Positions 48,201 through 56,861 of a stretch of 64,000 bases of DNA are shown here, one piece after another (the first letter of the stretch is position 1; each line of letters starts with the position of its first letter). The stretch covers positions 4,096,001 to 4,160,000 of the forward strand of contig OZ241362.1 of NCBI GenBank assembly GCA_965200315.1, read 5' to 3'. Under the pieces are notes generated by a model. The model searched no databases, was not told the DNA's origin, and saw nothing but the letters and a program-made list of their open reading frames with translations. Source of the DNA: Candidatus Latescibacterota bacterium. GTDB taxonomy: Bacteria; Latescibacterota; UBA2968; UBA8231. The translations under genes and the position numbers were made by a program.

Positions 48201-49124
48201 GCCGAATAGGGCGTTGCGAACCCTAGCGGCGATGGCGACGATGTTGGCGTCGGCTTCCTTGTAGATCTCGATCTCGACGCTCTCGCGGCCGTTGACCCGG
48301 GTGATGATCTCGCGGTCCTTGTGAGAGCGAAAAACCTCGGCAATGTCGCGCAGGTACACATCGGCGTTGCCCTGCCGCGCTACGATCAACTCGGCGATCT
48401 CATCGACGGTGGCGAACTCGTTGAGTGTGCGGATCAGGTATTCGACTTGGCCCTCGCGCAAGTTGCCGCCGGGCAAATTGACGTTGTTTTGCGCTAGGCG
48501 GTTGTTTATCTGGTTGATGTCCAAGCCCATCACCGCGATCTGGCGCTCGTTAAGCGCGACGTGGATTTCCTCCTCCAAGCCGCCCTTGATCTTGACTGCC
48601 GCCACGCCAGCTAGCGCCTCCAACTCGCGCTTGATGTCGTGCTCGGCGAGGTAGCGCAGCTCGTAGAGGCTCTGCGGCCCATGCAAGCCGATGCGCATGA
48701 TCGGGTCGAGGGAAGGGTCGTAGCGCAGCAGTAGGGGTTTCTCGGCGTCTTGCGGCAACCAGACGCGATCGGCCTTCTCGCGGATTTCTTGGGACATCGC
48801 GTTCATGTCGGCGTCCCATTCAAATTCGAGGATGATGTCTGACTGCCCGGCCTTGGAGATGGAGCTGATGTTGACGAGGTGAGGCACAATGCCCAGTTCC
48901 TGCTCCAAAGGGCGGGAGAGCAGGGTCTCGACTTCCTCCGGTGCCGTGCCCGGATATTCGGTGCGCACCGTCAGGGTCGGGTAAGAAATGTCGGGCATTA
49001 GGTTCAGCGAGAGCCGCTGATAGGAGACCCAGCCGAAAACGCAGACGGCCAGCACCACCATGAAAATGGCGACGGGCCGCCGGGTTGCAATGGCGAAGCG
49101 CGATGTGCTAACGGGCTGCTGCAC
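45267..49124 (-). CDS. RND efflux permease subunit with two large insertions
   Basis: GMLVDNSIVVLESI, GIVVNNAI, RLRPIAMTT; 1285 aa. Confidence 0.95.
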   Translation of the reverse strand: MQQPVSTSRFAIATRRPVAIFMVVLAVCVFGWVSYQRLSLNLMPDISYPTLTVRTEYPGTAPEEVETLLSRPLEQELGIVPHLVNISSISKAGQSDIILEFEWDADMNAMSQEIREKADRVWLPQDAEKPLLLRYDPSLDPIMRIGLHGPQSLYELRYLAEHDIKRELEALAGVAAVKIKGGLEEEIHVALNERQIAVMGLDINQINNRLAQNNVNLPGGNLREGQVEYLIRTLNEFATVDEIAELIVARQGNADVYLRDIAEVFRSHKDREIITRVNGRESVEIEIYKEADANIVAIAARVRNALFGLPQQREYVEQKAREAQEMAERREEQKKQEAEGATAQKNEEEQQKELEKKKQEEARKAMEHLRMTDFISHRLPPGAKLELLSDQSGFIKNSISEVQINAIIGGTMAVLVLFVFLRNVVHTLIVGLTIPVSIMATFAPMYMFDVSLNIMSLGGLALGIGMLVDNSIVVLESIFRCREEGDDLVQATVRGTSEVGTAVLASTLTTITVFFPIVFVEGIAGQIFGDMALTVVFSLLASLGVALFFIPMLASRQIDRQSGLAEQIGRSDFLRLQAMSRARAIFSEPGSRWHKAAQVALSLPYLVGEVLLRVGLAAATLVAAVLKGAFLLVSEMLWWLIKPVEYFWLKRERTFQHWVSAWAAESRIGKWTFFERVWPGILSFESPRSLGEAAQRYWHWVNRPKHLAWKTLKVLSLPLVLFYLVAVRFVFGTVLRLVSIVLQVVLMLVGLGLVLVLFLLGILLMPVFLPLLFVFERGFGLVQQTYPALLGWALRKHLLIIGGALAALLVCWYKLLPDLGTELIPQVHQAEFNLDLRLPVGTPLEETAEIVRQIEGLAGEQPLVARVATTVGTDRSASSSAEEGEHTAQVTIRMTEGSNAAQETALIRHLRDAVDDIPEIEVEVSHPALFSFKTPIEVEIRGYNLRQLRQLSLEAESRMAGLPGLVDVKSSLQAGNPELQISYKRDQLAAYGLSLRNVAELVRHKVQGKVATDFRQDERQIDVLVRLRAEDRLGLDELRRLVINPNAPIPIPLSAVADIQVNEGPSEIRRIDQQRAALITANIQGIDLGTASGLIHDELGKMDFPMGFDFMISGQNEEMETSLQSLYFALVLAIFLVYVVMASQFESLVHPFIIMFTVPLALIGVVVALYLAQVALSVVVFIGLIMLAGIVVNNAIVLVDYINTLRRTGMKKTEAIIQAGAVRLRPIAMTTATTVLGLLPMALGLGEGAEIRTPMALTVIAGLISSTFLTLVVIPTVYSVVDRRA

Positions 49125-49128
49125 GGGC

Positions 49129-50241
49129 CTAGCCTTGGCCCGCGTCGTCTGCTGAGTTGACTATGCGCACTCGCGTGCGGTCTTTGAGGCCGTTTTGCCC
49201 GACGACGATGATCGGGGTGCCGGAGTCGATGCCGGCGAGTGATTCAATAAAGTCGGTGTCCTCGAACCCAGGCTGCAACTTGATCCGCGCGGCCGTGGTG
49301 TCCTCGACGGCGAACACGAACCGGTCGCCGCCGTCGTACACGATCGCCTGCTTGGGTATCAACACGGCGTCGGTGTGCGTGGCGGTGACGATGCGCACGT
49401 TGACCAAGAGGCCGGGCCGCAAGTACTCCCAGCGGTCGCGCAAGCCCACCGTGACCTTGAAGGTGCCGCTCCTCGGGTCAACCACGGGACTGATGCGCTT
49501 GACCCAGCCGTGGAACCGCTTGTCGGGCAAAAACTCCGAGGAGATGAGGGCCTGTTGGCCGCTGCCGATGGTGGTGAGGTATTGGCCGGGCGCAAAGACG
49601 CGGGCGATTAGGTCGTCGAGCTTGATGAGGTCGTAGAGCTTGCTACTCGGCCCCACCCGCGCGCCGACCTGCACGTGGCGCTCGGTGATCACGCCGGAAA
49701 ACGGCGCGGTGACTTCTGCGTATTCTAGCTCTAGGCGGGCGCGCTCTAGGCGGAGGCGGGATTGTTCAAAGTTGTATTTGCTGGTCTCGAACTCTTGGTC
49801 GCTGATGAGGCTGCGCTCAAACATGGCCTCGGTGCGCTTGAAGCCAGTCTGCTGATAGTGGTAGTTGGCTTGGGCCTCCTCAACGGCGATGCGCAACTGC
49901 TTGTCCTCGATGCTGAGGAGGGTGTCGCCTGCTTCGACGCGGTCGCCTTCCTCGACGTTGAGCTGTTTGACAAGGCCGCTGATTTGGGGGTACATCTCGA
50001 CGGCCGCCTCGGTTTCGATGGTCGAGTTGAAGAGCAGATGCGCGGAAATCTCGCCCGTGTGTGCGAGGGCGACTTCGACGGGTATTGCTTCTATGGGCTT
50101 GGAGAGGCTATCGGCGGCCGTGCTGTCGGCTTGGGCCGCTGGGTCTGCGTCGTCGCCTTCGTCTTGTCCGCCCACTTGCACACTGCAAGCCCCCAAAGTT
50201 GCCGCCAACAATAGTACGCCTGCTCTGTGCCATGCGTTCAA
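49129..50241 (-). CDS. RND periplasmic adaptor (MFP) lipoprotein
   Basis: Lipobox LGAC, VEEGDRV, APFSGVI, ISPVVDP; start uncertain (50241-50292). Confidence 0.92.
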   Translation of the reverse strand: MNAWHRAGVLLLAATLGACSVQVGGQDEGDDADPAAQADSTAADSLSKPIEAIPVEVALAHTGEISAHLLFNSTIETEAAVEMYPQISGLVKQLNVEEGDRVEAGDTLLSIEDKQLRIAVEEAQANYHYQQTGFKRTEAMFERSLISDQEFETSKYNFEQSRLRLERARLELEYAEVTAPFSGVITERHVQVGARVGPSSKLYDLIKLDDLIARVFAPGQYLTTIGSGQQALISSEFLPDKRFHGWVKRISPVVDPRSGTFKVTVGLRDRWEYLRPGLLVNVRIVTATHTDAVLIPKQAIVYDGGDRFVFAVEDTTAARIKLQPGFEDTDFIESLAGIDSGTPIIVVGQNGLKDRTRVRIVNSADDAGQG

Positions 50242-50349
50242 AATGAGCTTTCTCCGGGTTTTGTGGGCTTGTAGGGGACGAAAGTAGTGCATTACCTTAA
50301 CAGTTATTCAACTCTGCAAGGTGCACATTGTCAAATAAAGGGAGGCACC

Positions 50350-50772
50350 GTGAGCTATCAAAACGTCAGTCCCACCGAGGCGAAGGAACTGCTCGAAGGA
50401 GACGCGGGCGCGGTCTATATCGATGTCCGCTCCATCCCCGAGTACGAGAGCGGCCATCCGGCCGGCGCGTTCAACATCCCCATCATGCACCGCCACGCCG
50501 TGGGCATGGTTCCCAACCCCGATTTCGTCCGGGTCGTTCAAGCCCATTTTGCTGCCGACGCCAAGCTGCTCGTCGGCTGTCAATCGGGTGCGCGCTCCAT
50601 GCACGCTTGCGAAGCCCTCGTCGCCGCTAACTTTACGGATGTGGCCAATGTCACCGCTGGCTTTGGTGGGTCGCGCACCGAGCGCGGCTGGCTGGACCTT
50701 GGCTTTGCGGTCGAATCCGGCAGCAGCGACGACAAAGGCTACGCGGCCTTGAGCGGCGATTCGAGCACGTGA
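50350..50772 (+). CDS. Rhodanese-like protein
   Basis: IDVRSIPEY..GHP.GA.NIP, CQSGARS; GGAGG RBS before GTG. Confidence 0.92.
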   Translation: MSYQNVSPTEAKELLEGDAGAVYIDVRSIPEYESGHPAGAFNIPIMHRHAVGMVPNPDFVRVVQAHFAADAKLLVGCQSGARSMHACEALVAANFTDVANVTAGFGGSRTERGWLDLGFAVESGSSDDKGYAALSGDSST

Positions 50773-51464
50773 GCGAGTTGCTCAATCCCTATTTCCAAGT
50801 GGGGCTCGACGTGATGGAGCAGCCCTGTTTGGTCATCGGCGGAGGGCGCGAGGCCGAGGAAAAAGCGGGCCGCCTGCTCGCGGCCGGTGCGCGGTTGATG
50901 GTGGTTAGCCCAAGCGTCACGCCCGCGCTCGTCGAATGGGCTGCGGCCGGCCGCCTTACCCACCACCCGCGCCACTTTGCCGAGCGCGACCTCGACGGCG
51001 TGTTCTTGGTGCTCAACACCGTCCGCGACGACGCGCTGACAGCGCGGGTACACGAACTAGCCTTACAGCGCAAGATATTGATCAACTCCTACGACAACCC
51101 GACCTATTCCAACGTGGGCATGGTGGCCTTGGTGCATCCGGGCCACTTGCGGCTGAGCATTTCCACCTCCAACGCCAGCCCGGCGCTATCCAGCCGCTTG
51201 CGGCAAGACCTTGAAGAAATTTTCGCTGGGGAATTTGCTGCGTACCTCGACGGTTTGGCCGAGGTGCGCCAGCGGGTGCGCACCAAAGTCGCCGACCGCG
51301 AGACGCGCTTTGCCCTGCTACGCTCTTTGGTCCGCGGCTTCCGCTTGGAAGGGACGCTGCGCTATCCCGCCGACTGGAAGCGGCACATAGATGCGTTGCT
51401 GAAGTGTGAGTTGGAATTTTGTGGGACGGAGGAGCGGTGTGCGGATTGTCCGTTGGGAAGTTGA
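50769..51464 (+). CDS. Precorrin-2 dehydrogenase / sirohydrochlorin ferrochelatase (CysG N-terminal, SirC/Met8)
   Basis: LVIGGG..A..K, VVSP, IN..DNP, ISTS..SPAL. Confidence 0.9.
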   Translation: MSELLNPYFQVGLDVMEQPCLVIGGGREAEEKAGRLLAAGARLMVVSPSVTPALVEWAAAGRLTHHPRHFAERDLDGVFLVLNTVRDDALTARVHELALQRKILINSYDNPTYSNVGMVALVHPGHLRLSISTSNASPALSSRLRQDLEEIFAGEFAAYLDGLAEVRQRVRTKVADRETRFALLRSLVRGFRLEGTLRYPADWKRHIDALLKCELEFCGTEERCADCPLGS

Positions 51465-51480
51465 CTGGCGGTTAGGCGTC

Positions 51481-51517
51481 AAAAGCCCCGCAGGCTACGA
51501 CCTCCGCGGGGCTTTTT
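51481..51517. terminator. Bidirectional intrinsic terminator
   Basis: AAAAGCCCCGC...GCGGGGCTTTTT. Confidence 0.8.
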
Positions 51518-51598
51518 ATATTGCGTCCAGTTCAGATACTCATGCACCCAGCGTTGACCGGGGCACATAGTGCGATTTGGTAGGGGTGTCCTGATTGC

Positions 51599-52237
51599 TC
51601 AGCGCAACCGCTCCACTTCGTCCACCACCTCTCGCACCGAGCCTAGCACTCTATACGCCGGCGAAAAATCGCCGTGTTGCGACAACGCATTCGGCAGGAC
51701 CAGTACGCGCAACCCGGCCTTTGCGGCGGCGGCGCATCCCCGCTCAGAATCCTCCACGGCAACAGAGGTCGCAGGGTCTAACCCATGCAGCCGCATGGCC
51801 GTCAAGTACGCATCGGGATGGGGCTTTGCTTCTTTGTAGTCTTCCCGCGTGACCACAAACTCGAAAAACTGGAGCAAATTCGTCTGGGCGTGAATAATGT
51901 CAAAGTGATCTTTCCGCGACCCGGTCACCACTCCCATAAGCACACGCCCGTGTAATATCCTGAGCGTCTCCACCACCCCATCCAAAACCCGCACATTTTC
52001 ACTCAGCAACGCGCTGTAGCGCACATTGCGCTGCAAGCGCAACCGATCAATTAATTCAGCATCTTGAGCGGGCAATAAGTCAAACACACTTTGTCCCTTT
52101 TGCAACGACTGCTCAACAAAATCCTCCTGAGTCAGCTCGATGCCTTGCGTTGCCATGACCTCCCGTCCCGCCTGAAAGTACAGCCCCTCGGTATCCACCA
52201 ACACGCCGTCGTTGTCCCACAAAATCGCACGAATCAC
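51599..52237 (-). CDS. HAD-superfamily phosphatase
   Basis: WDNDGVLVDTE, KPHPD, VEDS. Confidence 0.93.
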   Translation of the reverse strand: MIRAILWDNDGVLVDTEGLYFQAGREVMATQGIELTQEDFVEQSLQKGQSVFDLLPAQDAELIDRLRLQRNVRYSALLSENVRVLDGVVETLRILHGRVLMGVVTGSRKDHFDIIHAQTNLLQFFEFVVTREDYKEAKPHPDAYLTAMRLHGLDPATSVAVEDSERGCAAAAKAGLRVLVLPNALSQHGDFSPAYRVLGSVREVVDEVERLR

Positions 52238-52587
52238 GAGTTCCTCTTCAGCACTTCCACCGCCAAATCGGGAGCACCTTCCCAGAAGCTATCGGGTACG
52301 CCCGTAGCGGGGATGCGCTCGTTTAGTACGAGGGCGACATCGGCAGTGCGCACCGTATCGGGATTGGTCGTCAGTTTGAATCCGGTTTCTGCGGCAAACA
52401 CCAGCCCAATGCCCTGCTGCTCCGCCCAATTGCCCAGCAACCGCCCTATGCGATGGGCAACGACGCCGTGTTTGCCTCCTGTCGGACTCATCCTTATCCC
52501 CTCCCCGCGAATCAGTTCACAGCGATAGCCATCGCCTTGCTCGTCCACGAGACGAGCGGCTGTCACAAGATGGTTGATGGTCTCCAT
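52234..52587 (-). pseudogene. Uma2 (DUF820) family endonuclease, C-terminally truncated
   Basis: ELIRG..MSP...HG, ETGF.L...PDTVR..DVA, APDLAVEVL, then ends abruptly. Confidence 0.8.
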
Positions 52588-52605
52588 GGCAAGCCTTCTT
52601 TTGAG

Positions 52606-54669
52606 TCACCGCACGACCGCGATTTTGTCCTTCATCAGCAGAGTGCCTTCGGGGGAGTGGATCGTATAGATATAGACGCCGTTGCCGACTAGGGTATTGG
52701 CGTGGTTGACCCCGTACCATAGCACCTCATGGGCCCAAGCCCCTAAGCGCCGTTGCGCGTCGTCGTCCTCAATGGCTTCCCACACTAGATCGCCCGCAGG
52801 CCCAAAGACCCGCACCGCGGATTTGAGGGGTACGCCACTGAAGCGGAGTGCGCTACCGCTGCCAATGGGGAAAGGGTTGGGAAAGACCGCTATCTTCGAC
52901 TGCGGCACGAGATACACGCGCTGGAAGACGCGGTTGTCCGCCTCGCTGACCTCGCTGATTTGCCCTTCTGCATCGACCTCGATCAAAAAGACCATATCGC
53001 CAAATCGCTGCCAGGGAATGTGCAATTCCGCGCTCGCGCCCGAGGCCAATCCCTCTAGGGCCTGCGTCCGGTGGACGACCTCACACCGGCTGGAGTCCAG
53101 CGCACATTGCGAAACCTGCACCGAGAAGCTGCTGGCGACCGCGCCCAGCCCAATGTTGCTGACGCGGACCCGGAGAGCGTCCGTGCGGTCGCCGCGTAGG
53201 TCGCCGGTGAAGACCGCTAAGTTCGGTGTGCCTTCTCCCAACCCGTACTCGGCTAACGTCGCCACGGCTAGCTGAGTGGTGCGGCTCACTAGCTCCCAGT
53301 TGATACTGTCGGGCAAATCGACGACTGAGTGGTATTGCGAGTTGATGCGGTATCGGCCCTCGCGGACTCCGTACGTCGTCGAGTCGGTGGGCAGGTAATT
53401 TTCAATGCCGAGGATGGCGTCGTAGCCCCGCACCCAGAACGGCGCGTGATCGCTGAGACGCGCTCCGCCGTCTTCGAGCAAGTCGATGTTGAGGCCGATG
53501 GCATAGCGCTCGGCTACGGATGCCATCTGATCGGCCAGCCAGTGCGAGCCTGGATTTGTCACCAGCTCTAGTCGCTGTTGCAAGTCGTTGAAGCCGATCA
53601 TGTCGAAGTTGAGGACGCCGAGAATCAGGTCTTCGCGGTCAGCGGCTAAGGAGACATACGCTTGGCTGCCCAACAGCCCCAGTTCCTCGCCCGACCAAGC
53701 AATAAATAAGATGGACCAGGGGAAGCGCTGCCCGGCTAGCAGCTTCGCGCTCTCTATGACTAAGGCCACGCCGCTGGCATTGTCGTCGGCTCCAGGCGCG
53801 GGGTCGCGTTGCCAGTCCCAACCCCCGGCCGAGCGCGCACCCGTGGCGTCGTAGTGGGCGCAGACTATGTAGTACCCGGCCTCCGGGTCGGTGCCCGCCA
53901 GTGTGCCGATGACGTTGTAGGCGGTGGTGTCGTTGGGTGCATGTCCTCGGTTGCCCCGACGCGAGGTGTGGGAGGTGACGCGCCGTGAGTCAATGGGGAA
54001 GGAATGCAACTCGACCGCTCCGTCGCCGAGGACTGCGGCCAATTGCGAGCGGATGTACTCGGTTGATTCGAGCATCTCTGGATGCACGGCAAAGCGGCTG
54101 CGGCTGTTGCCGGGGACGCTGCCTAACGCCGGGTCTTTCAGCGCGAGGGCTTCAACGTGGGTTTGCAAGCGCTCGGCTGCGACTTCCTCGATGAGGGCGA
54201 CTACCGCTGGCGAGGCCGTTTGCAGGGCCTTGGGCGCGCGCCTCGGCGCACCTAACCACCCGTCTAGACTGTAGTTATTGGGCAGCGGCCAGAGGAAGTG
54301 GGGCCCCTCGTGCAAGGGGGCGTTTGGCCCTACCCGCAAGAGCACCCATTCGCCTCCCCCAGCGAAGACCAACTCGACGTCTTGGGGCAGGGGAAGATCG
54401 AGGTGATCGGCGACAAAATAGCGGTCGCCCGCCCGCGGTCGGTCGAGGCAGAGGATGGTAAACCCCCGCTTGGTGAACTCCGCAACCACACTTTCGCTGG
54501 CCTCGACGAAAGCCACGCCCCGCGCCACGTAGCGCACCTGCTCGCTCAGCGCGGCGATTGCAGTTAGATCGCTCGGTGCCTTCCAAGACACGCCGACCAA
54601 GGGTGGATTGGCGAAGGCCGCGCTAACAAAAAAAAGAGAGGCGTACAACGCCCCTTTAGCTGTGTTCAT
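52606..54669 (-). CDS. Secreted M28 peptidase with CARDB and FlgD/T9SS-like C-terminal domain
   Basis: AHYD, PGADDNASG, GEELGLLGS, NFDMIG, SDH, YHS; CARDB; FPNPF...W.G.N....NGVYIY. Confidence 0.9.
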   Translation of the reverse strand: MNTAKGALYASLFFVSAAFANPPLVGVSWKAPSDLTAIAALSEQVRYVARGVAFVEASESVVAEFTKRGFTILCLDRPRAGDRYFVADHLDLPLPQDVELVFAGGGEWVLLRVGPNAPLHEGPHFLWPLPNNYSLDGWLGAPRRAPKALQTASPAVVALIEEVAAERLQTHVEALALKDPALGSVPGNSRSRFAVHPEMLESTEYIRSQLAAVLGDGAVELHSFPIDSRRVTSHTSRRGNRGHAPNDTTAYNVIGTLAGTDPEAGYYIVCAHYDATGARSAGGWDWQRDPAPGADDNASGVALVIESAKLLAGQRFPWSILFIAWSGEELGLLGSQAYVSLAADREDLILGVLNFDMIGFNDLQQRLELVTNPGSHWLADQMASVAERYAIGLNIDLLEDGGARLSDHAPFWVRGYDAILGIENYLPTDSTTYGVREGRYRINSQYHSVVDLPDSINWELVSRTTQLAVATLAEYGLGEGTPNLAVFTGDLRGDRTDALRVRVSNIGLGAVASSFSVQVSQCALDSSRCEVVHRTQALEGLASGASAELHIPWQRFGDMVFLIEVDAEGQISEVSEADNRVFQRVYLVPQSKIAVFPNPFPIGSGSALRFSGVPLKSAVRVFGPAGDLVWEAIEDDDAQRRLGAWAHEVLWYGVNHANTLVGNGVYIYTIHSPEGTLLMKDKIAVVR

Positions 54670-54834
54670 GGCTAGCTTACTTGTTGAGAAACAAAACGTT
54701 AGGGAACCTACTTTGCGCGTCAGGCCCTGTCAAGAACAAATTTGTCCGCGTGCTTTGGCCACCAAAAACCGCTTGGCGGTGAATCTCTTGAGTTGCTTTT
54801 ATATGAACTTTTACTCTTACACAAACGGAAACTC

Positions 54835-55683
54835 TTGGCACAGCTCAGCGCCTTTGTTCTCCTGCCCCGGCCACTCAACGGCCTGATTACAGCTCTGTCG
54901 GTCGGCATTGGCGCTTTGACCGCAGATCAGGCCCCGGCTTGGTCTGCCATTTTGCTCGCCGCTCTTTCCGCCGCGTTAATCAATGGTGCTGGCAATGCCT
55001 TCAACGATTTGATGGACATTGACGTTGACCGCATCAACCGCCCGCTGCGTCCTTTGCCTGCCGGTCGCCTCAGCCCAAATGCGGCTCGAATAGAAAGTCT
55101 GCTTCTCTCCCTAGCCGGCTGCGTGCTCGCATTTTGGCTCAGCCTTTGGCACGGGTTGATCTCCCTAGTTGTTGTGGTCTTACTCGCCATCTATAGCATC
55201 TCCTTAAAACATAGCCTACTGTGGGGCAATGTGCTCGTCGCCTTTGTCGGGGCTATCGCCTTTCCCTATGGTGCCTTGGCCGCTGGCTATATTGGCCGCT
55301 CGTGGATTCCGGCGCTTTTTGCTTTCCTCTTTCACTTGGGGCGGGAAGTCGTCAAGGACATCGAGGACGTGGCTGGGGATCAGCTCCGCGGCGCACGCAC
55401 CTTGCCTCTGTGGTGGGGACGGCCCCAAGCTGGGGTGCTGGCGGGTATTGTTTATGTGGTCTTGGTCGGGTTTACTTGGATGCCGTTTTTCACGGGCATC
55501 TACGGTGCGTTCTATGCGCTCGCGTTGTTGCCGGTCCATGCCTTGGTCGGCTACGTCTGCTGGCAATTGTATCGCCAACGCGCAGTGTTGACCGACGACC
55601 GCCTCGGCCGCTTGCTCAAAGTCGGCATGTTCTTGGGGCTTGTTGCCATTGTCGTCGGGGAGGCCGTCTTTGCTTTGGGCTAG
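54835..55683 (+). CDS. UbiA-family prenyltransferase (DGGGP-synthase-like)
   Basis: RPLN, NDLMDIDVDRINRPLRPLPAG, REVVKDIEDVAGD...TLP. Confidence 0.88.
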   Translation: MAQLSAFVLLPRPLNGLITALSVGIGALTADQAPAWSAILLAALSAALINGAGNAFNDLMDIDVDRINRPLRPLPAGRLSPNAARIESLLLSLAGCVLAFWLSLWHGLISLVVVVLLAIYSISLKHSLLWGNVLVAFVGAIAFPYGALAAGYIGRSWIPALFAFLFHLGREVVKDIEDVAGDQLRGARTLPLWWGRPQAGVLAGIVYVVLVGFTWMPFFTGIYGAFYALALLPVHALVGYVCWQLYRQRAVLTDDRLGRLLKVGMFLGLVAIVVGEAVFALG

Positions 55684-55722
55684 TCGCTGCCGATATTATG
55701 GAGCTACCGAAAGGAGCTAAAT

Positions 55723-56856
55723 ATGAGAATCACCGACGTCAAAACCTTTCCCATCTGCCACGGATCGCGCAACTACCTCTTCGTCAAAGTCGAAACCGAC
55801 GCGGGCTTGTACGGCGTCGGCGAGTTTGGCATTACTTGGAAGGAGCAGGCCGGCGTGGGCGCTATCGAGCACATGAAGCGCCACATCATCGGCTTGGATC
55901 CGCTTAACACCGAGTACATTTGGCAACTGTTGTTCCGCGTCGATTTCTTCCCCGGTGGTCGGATCAACGCGGCCGCTATGTCGGCCATTGACATCGCGTT
56001 GTGGGACATCAAGGGCAAGGCACTCGGGCAGCCCGTGTACATGCTCTTGGGCGGCAAGATGCGCGAGCGCGTCTTCTGCTACACCGGTATCGGCGGCAAG
56101 ACGCCCGCAGACACAGCCCGCGCGGCCCGAGAACGGGTTGCCGAGGGCTGGAAGTACCTGCGGATGTCGGTCTTTGACCGCGACGGCATCCTCGAACCGC
56201 GCACGGCTGTCCGCGATTCAATCGCCCATTTCGCCGCTGCACGCGAGGCCGTCGGCCCGGAAATCGAAATTTGCATTGACGTCCACACCCGCCTCGATCC
56301 GCCCGACACCATCCGCCTCGGCCGCCAGCTCGAGGAATACGATCCCTTCTTCATCGAAGATCCGCTGCGCTGCGAAAACCCCCAGACCTATCGCCAGGTG
56401 CGCCATCACGTTAGCTGTCCGCTGGCTGTCGGCGAGCACTACGCGACCAAGTGGGAGTTTCGGCAGATGATCGAAGAGGAGCTGATGGACTATGCGCGGA
56501 TTGATCTGTGCATAGTCGGCGGGCTGACTGAGGCGCGCAAAGTAGCCAACTGGTGCGAGACCCACTACATCAAGATCGTCCCGCACAATCCCCTCGGCCC
56601 GGTCTCGGCCGCAGCCTGTGCCCACCTCGACATTGCCTGCGACAATTTCGCCGTGCAGGAAGGCGGCCTCGTTGGCCACACCGTGATGGAGGATGTCTTT
56701 CCGGTGCAACTGCCCTATGAGTCCGGCTGTCTGTTGCCGCCGGAGCTACCCGGTTTGGGAATAGAATTCAACGATGAAGCTGCCGAGCACTACGAGTTCA
56801 AATGGCTCGGCGGCCCGATCTTGCGCCGTGAAGACGGCTCATTCACTAATTGGTAG
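55723..56856 (+). CDS. Mandelate racemase family acid-sugar (galactonate-like) dehydratase
   Basis: IDIALWDIKGKALGQPVY.LLGG, DVH, FIEDP, VGE, PHN. Confidence 0.92.
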   Translation: MRITDVKTFPICHGSRNYLFVKVETDAGLYGVGEFGITWKEQAGVGAIEHMKRHIIGLDPLNTEYIWQLLFRVDFFPGGRINAAAMSAIDIALWDIKGKALGQPVYMLLGGKMRERVFCYTGIGGKTPADTARAARERVAEGWKYLRMSVFDRDGILEPRTAVRDSIAHFAAAREAVGPEIEICIDVHTRLDPPDTIRLGRQLEEYDPFFIEDPLRCENPQTYRQVRHHVSCPLAVGEHYATKWEFRQMIEEELMDYARIDLCIVGGLTEARKVANWCETHYIKIVPHNPLGPVSAAACAHLDIACDNFAVQEGGLVGHTVMEDVFPVQLPYESGCLLPPELPGLGIEFNDEAAEHYEFKWLGGPILRREDGSFTNW

Positions 56857-56861
56857 CATCT

